64,000 nt of DNA, taken from Candidatus Latescibacterota bacterium (GTDB taxonomy: Bacteria > Latescibacterota > UBA2968). This document shows, in pieces, positions 19,952 to 30,700 of the stretch; positions within the stretch are counted from its first letter, which is position 1; each line of letters begins with the position of its first letter. The notes beneath the pieces were generated by a model. The model made no database searches and was not told the DNA's origin. It saw only the letters and a list, made by a program, of their open reading frames with translations. Position numbers and translations under genes: made by a program. The stretch lies in assembly GCA_965208125.1 (NCBI GenBank), contig OZ242320.1:4672001-4736000 (forward strand), written 5' to 3'.

Positions 19952-21408
19952 ACCAACCCAATGTGATTATCATTATGAGCGATCAGATGAAGGCAACGGC
20001 GAGCCATTTATACGGCAGTGCGTTTTGTCATACGCCATCTTTAGAGCGGATGGCGAATGAGGGTGTGTTGTTCAAACACGCGGTTACGCCGCATCCGCTG
20101 TGTGTGCCTTGTCGCATTTCGTTTTGGACCTCTCAGTTTCCACATTCGCACGGTGGGCGGCGGAATCAGACGCTGATGCCAGGGGATGCTACGCATGCGT
20201 TTAAGCTGTGGAAAGCTGCGGGATATCGGTGCGGGCTGATTGGGAAAAATCACTGTTTTGAGGAACAAAGCGATCTCGATTTGTTCGATGTGTGGTGTGA
20301 GATCGGACATGGAGGATTGCCCAGGGACCCCACGACAAAGAGGATGTATTGGTTTCGGCCAATTGAGTCGATTAATGCAGCACATGCGGTGAGAAAGAAT
20401 ATGCCGGATATTAGTCCGCAGTTTTCATATGGGGTTAGCGATTTTCCGCTGGAGGATTATTCGACCGGGCTTGTGGCGGGGCAGACTGTGCGGTTTTTAG
20501 AGCAATTTGGCAATGAGCCGTTCGCGCTGTGGGTTTCCATTCCCGATCCCCATACGCCTTATGAATGCCCCGAACAGTATGCGATTGCACCCGATGATGT
20601 GGTGATGCCGCCCTGGCGAGCGGATGAGTATAGCGATGGTACAGCGCCCGAACGCAACCGGGTACTGCATGCGATGATTGGGGTGGAAGGGGACCCGATT
20701 GAAGACGTAAAGGGGTGCGTGGGGGTGTATCACGGGATGGTGCGTTTTTTGGATGATGGCGTGGGGCAGATTTTAGACGCGCTGGATCGACTCAATTTGC
20801 GCGAGAATACGATTGTGATTTTCTGTGCAGATCACGGCGATTTTTCGGGCGAACACGCGCAAATCGCCAAAGGAGGCGCGTTTTACGATTGTCTGACGCG
20901 CGTGCCGCTTATCGTGTCGTGGCCGGGACAGATTTCGCAGGGCGTGGTGGATGAGAGCTGTGTCAATTTGATCGATATTGTACCGACGGTTTTGCAATTG
21001 CAGGGACACGATGTGCCGCGTTCTATGCACGGGGAGGGATTGCCCACGGTTACGGATGCTACACCGAGAGATGCGGCGTTTTCAGAATACGGCGCGGGTG
21101 GGCCGGCATTTACTATGGCGGATTTAGAGCAGCTTGAGAAGCCCTGGGGACGGCGGGCTATTGGGCAGTCTTTGCAATGGCGCGAAGCTGAGGGCCGCCG
21201 CAAGATGGTGCGTTCTGCAGAATGGAAATATGTGCATGATCCTATGGGGGATCGGGATGAGTTGTACGATCTGGTGAACGATCCGTGGGAATTGTACAAT
21301 GTGGTGGATAATGCCGATCACCGCGATGTTATCGCAGATTTGCAATTAAAATTGGCGGATTGGAGTATTCGCACAGAGGACGCGAGACCCGTTCCAATGC
21401 CAGAGTGA
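19948..21408 (+). CDS. Sulfatase (Cys-type)
   Basis: MSDQ, CVPCR, GKNH, DPHTPY, ADHGD, ELYDLVNDPWE. Confidence 0.93.
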   Translation: MNQPNVIIIMSDQMKATASHLYGSAFCHTPSLERMANEGVLFKHAVTPHPLCVPCRISFWTSQFPHSHGGRRNQTLMPGDATHAFKLWKAAGYRCGLIGKNHCFEEQSDLDLFDVWCEIGHGGLPRDPTTKRMYWFRPIESINAAHAVRKNMPDISPQFSYGVSDFPLEDYSTGLVAGQTVRFLEQFGNEPFALWVSIPDPHTPYECPEQYAIAPDDVVMPPWRADEYSDGTAPERNRVLHAMIGVEGDPIEDVKGCVGVYHGMVRFLDDGVGQILDALDRLNLRENTIVIFCADHGDFSGEHAQIAKGGAFYDCLTRVPLIVSWPGQISQGVVDESCVNLIDIVPTVLQLQGHDVPRSMHGEGLPTVTDATPRDAAFSEYGAGGPAFTMADLEQLEKPWGRRAIGQSLQWREAEGRRKMVRSAEWKYVHDPMGDRDELYDLVNDPWELYNVVDNADHRDVIADLQLKLADWSIRTEDARPVPMPE

Positions 21409-21419
21409 GGGATATAACT

Positions 21420-22382
21420 ATGAGCCAACCACATCCGGAAATACAGAAATTCGTGCAGACATTTGAAAACGCAATGCACGAGGATGGTCTGACGGATTTG
21501 CACAGCGGAGGGGTGGCAGCTGCAAGGGCTTTTAACGATTCGCGCAAAATGCCAGATGATATGCTGCCGCCTATTTATCATGCGGAAGATAGCGCGATCT
21601 CGAGTAAAACGGGGGAGATCCCCATTCGCATTTATCGCCCCAATGAGGATCGAGGGTTGCCGCTTCTCATGTGGTTTCACGGCGGGGGGTGGGTGCTGGG
21701 CGATCTGGATACTGGGGAGTTTAAATGCAGAAAACTCGCGCACGATGTGGGGTGTGTTGTCGTTTCAGTTGACTACCGCCGCGCGCCAGAAACACCTTTT
21801 CCCGGTGCAATTGACGATTGTTTTGCCGCTACGTTATGGGCGGCATCTTCAGCGGATGAATTGGAGATTGATTCGTCCCGCATTGCCGTGGCTGGCGATA
21901 GTGCCGGGGGCAATCTGGCTGCCTGTGTCGCCCTTCGCGCCCGAGATGCGGGATTAAATCTCGTTTTTCAATTGCTCGTTTATCCCGTTATTGAGGCAAA
22001 TTTTGATCGTGCCTCTTATTCTGAAAATGCCGAAGGGTATTTGCTCACGGCCAGTGCGATGAAGTGGTTCTGGGATTGTTATGTTCCCAATATCGCAGAC
22101 CGCAATCATCCCGATGTCGCGCCCATTCGCGCTTCTGATCTGTCTGGCTTGCCGCCCGCGCTGGTTATGACCGCTGAATTTGATCCCCTCCGGGACGAGG
22201 CTGAAGATTATGGCCATGCCTTAAAAGCGGCAGGGATTGACGTTGTCACACGGCGTTATATTGGCATGACGCATGCGTTTTATATGCTGCCCACCGAAAA
22301 TCCCGTTAATGAAATTGCCGCGGCGACCAATGAATCCACAGAGGCATTGCGCTGGGCTTTTGATAACTGTGAGCACCAGTAG
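21420..22382 (+). CDS. Alpha/beta hydrolase (HSL-family esterase)
   Basis: HGGGW, GDSAGGNL, DPLRDE, HAF. Confidence 0.93.
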   Translation: MSQPHPEIQKFVQTFENAMHEDGLTDLHSGGVAAARAFNDSRKMPDDMLPPIYHAEDSAISSKTGEIPIRIYRPNEDRGLPLLMWFHGGGWVLGDLDTGEFKCRKLAHDVGCVVVSVDYRRAPETPFPGAIDDCFAATLWAASSADELEIDSSRIAVAGDSAGGNLAACVALRARDAGLNLVFQLLVYPVIEANFDRASYSENAEGYLLTASAMKWFWDCYVPNIADRNHPDVAPIRASDLSGLPPALVMTAEFDPLRDEAEDYGHALKAAGIDVVTRRYIGMTHAFYMLPTENPVNEIAAATNESTEALRWAFDNCEHQ

Positions 22383-22467
22383 GGATTGCGGCTTTAGGCA
22401 GGCGTCCAAGATGGGGGAGGTTGACAATAGATTACTGATCACTGATGATCAATATAGGAGGCCATAT

Positions 22468-23532
22468 ATGTCGTCATTAAAAGAACAATACGTAGAAGAG
22501 GGATACGTCGTTGTCAAAGATGTGCTCAATATTGAGCAGGATATTTATCCCTTGCAAAAAGCCTATTCTACGCTCTTGGATGCGCTGGCGCGGATTTATC
22601 TGGTTGAAACTAATTCTGGAGCACTGGATAGATTTGATGAGATGTCTTTTCCCGAGCGGTTTGCGATGTCTCTCGGTGCGAGTCGGGGTACGATTTTACA
22701 CCATCTCGATCCCGTGCTGAATATCTTTGTTCCGACTTTTCAGTGGCGCAAAGACCTGCCCGATGCGCGGATTCCCGAAATGTTTGCTCTTATGCGCCAT
22801 CCAAAAGTCTTAGATGTTTTGGAAGTTCTTATCGGGCCGGAGATAGCTGCGTCGCCGATTTACCATTTTAATCTCAAACTCGCGCCCGATCATCTCAAGC
22901 TGGCAGATCAGGTGGCCGAGTCCGTGGGGGCAGATCTCTCAAAGGAGGGATTTTATACATTTCAGGTGGGTAAAACAGGATGGCACATGGACGCAGGTTC
23001 GGGCCTGAGAGATTCTCATGAGAGCGAGATTATCAATGCGTGGATTCCGATTACCCATGCGATCGAAGAAAATGGCTGTTTGGTGGTCATTCCCGGCAGT
23101 CACAAAGAAGGCGTTAAATACCATCCCTTTCCAGAAGATCTCGACACGCAGGGGGTTGCACTGCCCGTTGAACCTGGAGATATTGTTTTTTTAGATAATA
23201 AAGTGATGCACAGTTCTACGCCTAACACGAGTCGTGAAGATTATCGCTGGGCTTATAATTTCCGTTATTTGCCTATTGGGCAACCCTCTGGTCGTCCGTT
23301 TATACCGGGTTTTGTTGCGCGCAGCCGCTCGGCTCCAGAAACAGAATTACACAATGCCTATGTATGGAGCGCAATGTGGGTTCGCTGTCTGGATTATCTC
23401 ACTGAAAAAGGCGCGCCTGCATCTTATGAAGACAGGAGCAAAATGGGCCTTGAAGAAGCGCAGGCGGTTACCAGCCACTGGCGCGAACTCACCCCCGATG
23501 TGGATGGTTGGTTGCGCCTGGGGAAGGATTGA
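22468..23532 (+). CDS. Phytanoyl-CoA dioxygenase (PhyH) family Fe(II)/2OG oxygenase
   Basis: EEGYVVV, WHMD, NAWIP, ENGCLVVIPGSH, MHSSTPN..R; AGGAGG RBS. Confidence 0.9.
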   Translation: MSSLKEQYVEEGYVVVKDVLNIEQDIYPLQKAYSTLLDALARIYLVETNSGALDRFDEMSFPERFAMSLGASRGTILHHLDPVLNIFVPTFQWRKDLPDARIPEMFALMRHPKVLDVLEVLIGPEIAASPIYHFNLKLAPDHLKLADQVAESVGADLSKEGFYTFQVGKTGWHMDAGSGLRDSHESEIINAWIPITHAIEENGCLVVIPGSHKEGVKYHPFPEDLDTQGVALPVEPGDIVFLDNKVMHSSTPNTSREDYRWAYNFRYLPIGQPSGRPFIPGFVARSRSAPETELHNAYVWSAMWVRCLDYLTEKGAPASYEDRSKMGLEEAQAVTSHWRELTPDVDGWLRLGKD

Positions 23533-23533
23533 T

Positions 23534-24493
23534 ATGGATAAGGTAAAAATCGGTATTATTGGTCTCGGCTCCTTTTGTTCGGGCTATCACATTCCGAATT
23601 TGCTCAAGAGGTCGGATGTAGAAGTCACGGCGGTTTGCGATATTTCTCAGGAGTGTTTGGACGGGCGCAATAGGAGGTTGCGGGATAGTCGGGTATTTAC
23701 CGATTATCGCGATATGCTCGATCCGGATTTGATTGATGGGGTTTTTGTCAGTACGCCCAATCGGGCGCATTTCGCGTCCTGCAAGTTGGTGCTTGAGCGC
23801 GGCATTCCGGCAATTGTCGATAAACCGATTACGGTGACTTTGGAGGATGCCGAGGAACTCGTGGCGTTGAGCAAGTCGCAAAATTGCATTTTGATGACGG
23901 CGTTCACGCGCCATTTTATGTCCAGTACTGAGTACGTGCGCAGACAAATTGCGTCTGGTGCGATCGCTCCGCAAATGCTCACGGCTGTCCAGCGGCAAAG
24001 TCCCGTCAAGCGCGGTATAGAAGACGGGGGCATGTTGCACCGGCGCACGATTCACATTACAGATGTTTTGCCGTGGATCACGGGCAAGCGCGTGGTCAGA
24101 GTGGAGGGCAAAATCCAATACGAGACCGGGCATATAGAGGAAACACTGGTGGATATGCGTCTCGAATTTGAAGGAGGTTTGTGCGCCAGTCTGCTCTGTA
24201 TCAAGACTTGCGACGAAAATCAGGATGAGGTCAACATATATACTGACAAGCAGAGTTATCGCCTGGAACGCGAACGCCTCTACACGATTAAGCGCAGGGA
24301 TGGTTGGGAGCGTGTGGAGAACCTGCCAGAGTACGGTAATTCGAGCGATCACTTTGTCGAGGCGATTAAAGGCAATCGTCCCGATCCCGATGCCCCTTAC
24401 GCCGATCCGCACAGCGAAGATGGCCTCCAGGCACTGCGCGTTGTTTTTGCTATGCACAAAGCCGCACAAACAGGGCGTGTGGTGGATGTTTAA
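23534..24493 (+). CDS. Gfo/Idh/MocA family oxidoreductase
   Basis: GIIGLG, STPNRAH, VDKP, GG.L....IHITD. Confidence 0.88.
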   Translation: MDKVKIGIIGLGSFCSGYHIPNLLKRSDVEVTAVCDISQECLDGRNRRLRDSRVFTDYRDMLDPDLIDGVFVSTPNRAHFASCKLVLERGIPAIVDKPITVTLEDAEELVALSKSQNCILMTAFTRHFMSSTEYVRRQIASGAIAPQMLTAVQRQSPVKRGIEDGGMLHRRTIHITDVLPWITGKRVVRVEGKIQYETGHIEETLVDMRLEFEGGLCASLLCIKTCDENQDEVNIYTDKQSYRLERERLYTIKRRDGWERVENLPEYGNSSDHFVEAIKGNRPDPDAPYADPHSEDGLQALRVVFAMHKAAQTGRVVDV

Positions 24494-24521
24494 TTGATTA
24501 CACCTACAATAGGAAACAAAA

Positions 24522-26012
24522 ATGCCTTCTCAACCGAACATCGTTTTTATTCACGCCGAGAGCATGGATGGGCGAAAGATGGGCTGTATGGGCCATCCCG
24601 CCATGCAAAATGCCACGCCCAATATGGATCGCCTCGCCGGTGATGGGGTGCTGTTTACCAATGCGTACACCAATTGTCCAGTGTGCAATCCGTCGCGGGC
24701 GAGCATGTGGAGTGGAAAATATCCCAATTATTACGATTGCTGGAATAATCACGAAGGGCTGCGCGAGAATGTGCCCACGTATCAAAATACATTTGAGAGC
24801 GCGGGTTATCAGACCTCTGCTATCGGTCCTATAGATTACGCTTATGGCAAACACTCCATTCGCGATCGCATTGGCTCGTGGACGCGCGCGGCTAATATTC
24901 GCCGTCCTATATGTCGCACGACCTTGCCGCAAGTTGTAGATGATGGCAAGGCCAATGGGCGTGATTGGGACCGTACGTATCAGGCTGTTGATCAGTTACA
25001 GCAATACGCCAGGAGCGACCGGCCCTTCTGGCTTTATCTCACTACGGGATTGGTGCATCCCGCATTTACTGCTGAGAAACGCCACATGCCATTGATCGAT
25101 GCGGATAAGGTCGATATTCCGCCAACGTTGATGCCGCTCGAAGCCACGCACAATCAAGCGATTGCGTATCAGCGCGTGACCAAAAATTGCGATAAACAGT
25201 TCTCTGAGAATATCGTTCGAGAGATTCGGCACACCTATTTTGCGATGATCGCCGCGCTCGACGAGATGGTCGGTCGGGTGCTTCAGACCGTCGATGATCT
25301 GGGATTGCGCGATAATACGTATGTCATTTTTTCGAGCGATCACGGCGAAATGGCTGGCGATCAAAATCAAATACTCAAGCGTTCGATGTACGAGGCGTCA
25401 TCCCACGTTCCCCTCATTATTCGCGGTCCCGATGTGCAAAAAGGCGTTGTCGTCGATACGCCCGTTTCTCTCGTTGATCTATATCCCACGTTTATGGATA
25501 TGGCGCGTATTCGGTATGGCGATTATGCGGATAATGCAGCATATCCCGATACGCTGGACGGCGAATCTCTATTTCCGCAACTCGTTGGAGGGGCGGAGCG
25601 CGAACGCGATTGGGCCATGTGCGAATACCATGGCGACCGCTGTGCCACAGGCACGTTTATGTTGCGCCAGGGCGACTGGAAATACGTCAAGCACACGGGT
25701 TTTGAGTCCGAACTATTCAATCTCAAAGACGACCCCGACGAAACGACGGATCTCGTCCATGACAAACCGGAAATCGCCCGCGAGTTGGATGGATTACTGA
25801 CCGAGAATTTTGACTGCGAAGGTATTGATACACGGGCCAAAGAATACGACCGCGCAAGTTTTGTCGCATGGCGCGAGCAGGCGCGAAAAGAAGGCATCTA
25901 CGAGGATACGATGGCCCGCGTCTATAGCGGTCACGACCGCCTTTGTATTGAGGATATTGCGCCGTGGACCGACGGGGATGAACAGCAAATTGAAGCGTGG
26001 CTGGACGAATAG
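24522..26012 (+). CDS. Sulfatase (choline-sulfatase/ARSK-like)
   Basis: ESMDGR, CNPSRASMWSG, SSDHGEM, SMYEASSHVPL. Confidence 0.92.
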   Translation: MPSQPNIVFIHAESMDGRKMGCMGHPAMQNATPNMDRLAGDGVLFTNAYTNCPVCNPSRASMWSGKYPNYYDCWNNHEGLRENVPTYQNTFESAGYQTSAIGPIDYAYGKHSIRDRIGSWTRAANIRRPICRTTLPQVVDDGKANGRDWDRTYQAVDQLQQYARSDRPFWLYLTTGLVHPAFTAEKRHMPLIDADKVDIPPTLMPLEATHNQAIAYQRVTKNCDKQFSENIVREIRHTYFAMIAALDEMVGRVLQTVDDLGLRDNTYVIFSSDHGEMAGDQNQILKRSMYEASSHVPLIIRGPDVQKGVVVDTPVSLVDLYPTFMDMARIRYGDYADNAAYPDTLDGESLFPQLVGGAERERDWAMCEYHGDRCATGTFMLRQGDWKYVKHTGFESELFNLKDDPDETTDLVHDKPEIARELDGLLTENFDCEGIDTRAKEYDRASFVAWREQARKEGIYEDTMARVYSGHDRLCIEDIAPWTDGDEQQIEAWLDE

Positions 26013-26073
26013 ACGAACCCCGCCAACCCCCCAAAGTCGTTACAAACTCTGTTGTAGATTCGCATTTACAAAT

Positions 26074-26433
26074 ATGCCTACCGCACTTCTCATTGTCGAT
26101 CACGGTTCCAGGCGCGAAGAAGCCAATCAGATGCTTCACGGCGTTGCCGATATTTTGCGGCAAGAACGCCCCGAGATCATTGTCCACGTCGCGCATATGG
26201 AACTGGCCGAACCCACTATTAGACAGGGCATTGATGCGTGTGTGCGCGAGGGGGCGAGTGAGATCGTTGTCCATCCCTACATGCTGTCTCCCGGACGCCA
26301 TGCCACGGAGGATATTCCGCGTATGGCGACAGAAGCGGGGGCTGCATATCCAGATGTACGTATCCGCGTTACCGAACCTCTTGGCTTGCACGAAAAACTC
26401 TGCGAGGTTATTCTCCAACGCGCCGGGTTGTGA
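26074..26433 (+). CDS. Small CbiX/SirB-type chelatase domain protein
   Basis: VDHGSRR, AHMELAEPTI, PYMLSPGRHATEDIP, PLGLH. Confidence 0.9.
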   Translation: MPTALLIVDHGSRREEANQMLHGVADILRQERPEIIVHVAHMELAEPTIRQGIDACVREGASEIVVHPYMLSPGRHATEDIPRMATEAGAAYPDVRIRVTEPLGLHEKLCEVILQRAGL

Positions 26434-26438
26434 AGGAA

Positions 26439-26536
26439 AGCGATCAGCCATTAGCTTTCAGCTTCCCACCTATCCGCCCGGGTAAGATCGCTGATTACTT
26501 GTTTTACTGACTGCTGACCACTGACTGCTGAAAGCT
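26439..26536. repeat. Inverted arrays of degenerate 7-bp repeats (AGCNNTC / RCTGANN)
   Basis: AGCGATC AGCCATT AGCTTTC AGC ... ACTGACT GCTGACC ACTGACT GCTGAAA GCT. Confidence 0.6.
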
Positions 26537-26541
26537 ATTTT

Positions 26542-27780
26542 ATGTCCACAGAAACTGCGCCATCTTTTCGTTCTGACTCAAGAGGGGATTTGCGCCCTGT
26601 TTTTTATATTACCGCTGCACACATGGCGTTGGATTTTTATATGGTCCTCACACCGCCATTGTGGGCTTTTTTTCAGAGTCATTTCAATCTTACGGTGGCG
26701 CAGTTTGCCTATTTGCCCACGGTGATTGTCTTTTGCGGTTCTATCACGCAACCCTTTATGGGATATTTTAGCGATGGACGCGATCGCATGGCCCTCGCTG
26801 CGCTGGGGCTTTTTGTCACGGGAATTTTTGTCTCTTGCATCGGTTTTGCGCCCAGCGCTTATATACTCGCTGCGTTTTTGATTTTCGCGTCTTTTGGGTC
26901 CTCTCTTTTTCATCCCACCGCCGGGGGATTGGTCACGGCTTTAACGCCGCATCGAGCCAATCTGTCTATGGCTATTTTTCTGACGGGGGGAACGCTGGGG
27001 ATGGCGCTCGCTTCAATTACCGGGACGCAGATTGTCGAGCGATACGGCATCCAATATCTGTGGCTTATTGTCATCCCTGTCTTGATTCTCGCGCCATTTA
27101 TCCTTTGGCAGTCTCGAAAAATCCCCGTGCATGAACGCCGCATAACCGCGGGTAAAATCGATTTCTCCATTTTGAATAAGCCCTACTCTCTGCGGACGCT
27201 TTTTGCTTTTTTTAACAAAACGCGCTCTCTGTGGACGCTTTTTGCCATTAGTGTGTTGCGCTCCATTGTTCACACGGGTTTTGTCAGTTTTACAGCTATT
27301 TTGGGGGCGTCTCGCGGCTGGGCTACCAGCGAAATTGGTTGGGTTTTTTCCTGTTATTTGCTTTCCAGCACGCTGGGGCGCATTACGGGTGGTTATCTGG
27401 CAGATCGCCTGTCGCAGCGCAAGCTTCTGGCTTTTTCGTGTGCTTCGTCCGCGATTTTTCACGCGGGTTTTTGTCTGACAGACGGATATGTGTCGCTCAT
27501 TTCGTTTTTTGTGGCGGGGTATTTGTTCGATCTCGGCATTACGACGAATATCTCTTTGGCGCAACGCGCCTTGCCGCACAATACGAGTACAGCGACCGGA
27601 TTGGTGATGGGCTTTTCCTGGGGCATGGCGGGCCTTGCCATGATTGGTGTGGGTAGCCTTGCCGAATGGACTTCTACTGCTACTGCGCTTACGGTTGTAT
27701 CTATGGTGCTCATTCCGGCAGCTTTTCTGGTCGCGCTGCTGCCTACTGAGTATGGTGAGGTGAGAAGCAAAAAAAAATAA
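26542..27780 (+). CDS. MFS transporter (Fsr-like)
   Basis: About 12 hydrophobic segments; QPFMGYFSD, GSSLFHP, GGYLADRL. Confidence 0.9.
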   Translation: MSTETAPSFRSDSRGDLRPVFYITAAHMALDFYMVLTPPLWAFFQSHFNLTVAQFAYLPTVIVFCGSITQPFMGYFSDGRDRMALAALGLFVTGIFVSCIGFAPSAYILAAFLIFASFGSSLFHPTAGGLVTALTPHRANLSMAIFLTGGTLGMALASITGTQIVERYGIQYLWLIVIPVLILAPFILWQSRKIPVHERRITAGKIDFSILNKPYSLRTLFAFFNKTRSLWTLFAISVLRSIVHTGFVSFTAILGASRGWATSEIGWVFSCYLLSSTLGRITGGYLADRLSQRKLLAFSCASSAIFHAGFCLTDGYVSLISFFVAGYLFDLGITTNISLAQRALPHNTSTATGLVMGFSWGMAGLAMIGVGSLAEWTSTATALTVVSMVLIPAAFLVALLPTEYGEVRSKKK

Positions 27781-27793
27781 AAGGCAAGGTGGG

Positions 27794-30700
27794 ATGGCTC
27801 ACACGAAGACACAAAGCCACAAAGAAGGGTGGGGGCTGAGGTGGTGTTACGCGCTTGCTGTGGTTATCAGTGGTTTCTTTTTCCAAATGGCGCACGCGCA
27901 ACCCGCGTATTCTCCCGGGCAGATTCTCGTCAAGTTTCGCAACGCAAAGCCAGCACTTGCACAATTCCGCGATCTATCAGAACGCCATGGCGTAACGGCG
28001 ATTGAACCGCTTTTTACGCCGCGAAGTGCCAAGGCCGTTTATCCCCATCCTTTAACGCGTGTGTACCGCGTGCGTCTGTCAAGTGATCCTGTCGCAGCCG
28101 CAGCCGATTACGCATTGCGTCCCGATGTTGTGTATGCACAGCCCAATTATTTGTTTACGCACCAGCAAGTATCCAATGACCCGCGCTATAGCGATCAGCG
28201 TAGCCTTCAGACTCTCGGTTGGGAGCTACTGCAACAAAATCTCGGTCCCATTCGAGAACAGATCGTTGTCGCAATCATTGATTCAGGCGTCGATTATAAC
28301 CACGAAGACTTGCGCGACAATATCTGGCACAATGCAGCAGAAGTGAACGGCGAGGCTGGAGTAGATGACGATGGGAATGGGTATATTGACGATATAAGGG
28401 GCTGGGATTTCACCCATGCGCCCGATCTGCCGGGAATAGGGGATTATCTCAATCGCGATAACGATCCACAAGATGAATCGGCGCACGGTACGCGCGTTGC
28501 CGGCATTGTAGCAGCTACGGTGAATAACAATCGAGGTATTGCCGGTATTGCACCCAATGCACAGCTTATGGCCCTGCGGGCTGGTTTGAGACGGCTTGGC
28601 GGCATTGGCTTTCTCGAAGAAGATGATATTGCAGCAGCCATTCTCTATGCCGTAGAAAATGGCGCGCATGTCATTAATATGAGTTTGGGAGGGCCTGAGC
28701 GCACTTTTATCCTGGGCGATGTAATCCAATACGCGCATGCCCAGGGCGTTGTGCTCGTCGCCTCTGCGGGGAACTCGGGTGATGAGTTGGGTTATCCTGC
28801 AGGCAATCACTATACGATTGCCGTAGGTGCGGTAAACCACTCTGACCGCCTGGCGAGTTTTAGCAGTACGGGCGCGTCGCTCGATCTGGTTGCGCCGGGT
28901 GTCAGTATCCTCAGCACGTACCTGAATAACCGCTATGCTTCAGGCTCTGGCACTTCTTTTTCCGCGCCTCACATATCCGGTCTGGTTGCGCTGATTCTCT
29001 CACGTCGGCCCGATCTTTCGCCCCACTCTGTGCGCAATTTGCTCATCGCATCTGCAATTGACCTGGGTCCACCGGGACACGATAATGATTATGGGGCAGG
29101 GCGCGTGAGTGGCGCGCAACTCGCAGACCGCCTGAATACTTTCGATCCGCTAACAGTTGCGATTCAATCTCCCGCTAATGACGAGGGGGAAGATACCGCG
29201 TTTGATATTCGCGCTTCTGTTTCGGGCGCGCAGGTCACGGATTATCGCCTGTCTTATGGCCTGGGGCGCAATCCACAAACCTGGACACTTCTCGCAGAAG
29301 GTTTGCCCTCTCGGGATATTCACCATACGTGGGATGTTTCTGGGTTTGCAAATTCTGACGCGGTTTTGCGACTCGAGGCAGATTTGTCGGATGGCGTGGT
29401 CGTGGAAGACCGCGTTCGTATCGCTATAGAAAAAACAGCCCCAACTATCACCGCACTCGCGTGTGGCGATGTATTGGAGGACGACCGCCGCGTTTTTGAA
29501 TGTCGCTGGCGAACCGATCAACGCGCACACGGGGGAATTGCCTATCTCTATGGCGCGGATTTTGATACTCTGTACACCGGCCTGGTGCAAAACAAACACC
29601 GCGTTGTTCTGCCCCACACATTGCCTGCAGGTGTTGTGACATTTCACGTTTTGGCTGATGGAGAGAACAATATCCGCGCGGTGCATCCGGCACAGAAAAT
29701 TGATTATGTTCCTTTTCGCGTCCCACGAAATGGCTTTGTGGAAAGGGGCACATTGCCCGATGGTTTTTTGCCCGACCGCGCGTCGGATTTTGACCGTGAT
29801 GGCAGGCTGGAAATCGCGCTTATGCCCTATGTTACGGGCGATTCTTATGGGCCAGTGCATATTTACGAACGTCAGACGGATGGCACATTTATCAATGAAT
29901 TTCAAAGCGATGAGCGTTTTTTGCCCTGGGCAATTGGCGATATTACAAATGATGGGATCGATGATTTATTAGGTGTGACTTATGAGCGTCTTGTGCTTTT
30001 TACAGATAGCTTCTCCAATCCCTATCCCGCGCAGGTGGAATTTGAACATCTCGGCACATGGGGCGGCGATTTTGCCGATGTGGATGGCGATAGCATTCCC
30101 GATATTATCGCTCGTGCAGGCGATCAGCGCGGTATCCGCGTGATTCGCAATCTCGGCAGTGTGATCCGCGAGGAGATATTTCTCGCCGATCCCTCACAGG
30201 GAACTGGCGACCTTGGCCCGCGCTTTGTGGTTGCGGACTTTGATCGGGATGAACAGCAGGAAATTCTCGCTGCCGATGCCGATGGCGATCTCTGGATGTA
30301 CGAATATCGCGCGGGAAGATACGTGCAGACATGGTATTTGCCGGGCGATGGGGACGCGCGCTGGATTGGCGGGGGCATGGATTTGGATGGCGATGGGGTG
30401 GTCGAATTTGCTGTTGCTCGCGCGTACACAGATGCGTATGAGGCTTCCAATGGTTTCTGGGAACTGGAGATTTACAGTATGCGTGCGCCCGATACTTATG
30501 CACGCGAATGGGCGACGCGGATTCACGGGGTGGCGACCACGGGCAATGGGATTTCAGCAGGAGATGTCGATGGGGATGGCCTGGCCGATTTGATAGTATG
30601 CCTGCGTCCCGATCTCTATGCTTTTCGCGCCGAGAAGCCCGATTACTATCGCCCGATCTGGCATACATCGGTGGGTTTGATGCGCCGCGCACTCATTGCT

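Noticed and set aside
23489-24469. 326-aa antisense ORF (similarly 2169-2993, 34008-34829, 29150-29905, 25723-26451)
   Set aside because: Shadow ORFs opposite well-supported genes, with no recognisable motifs
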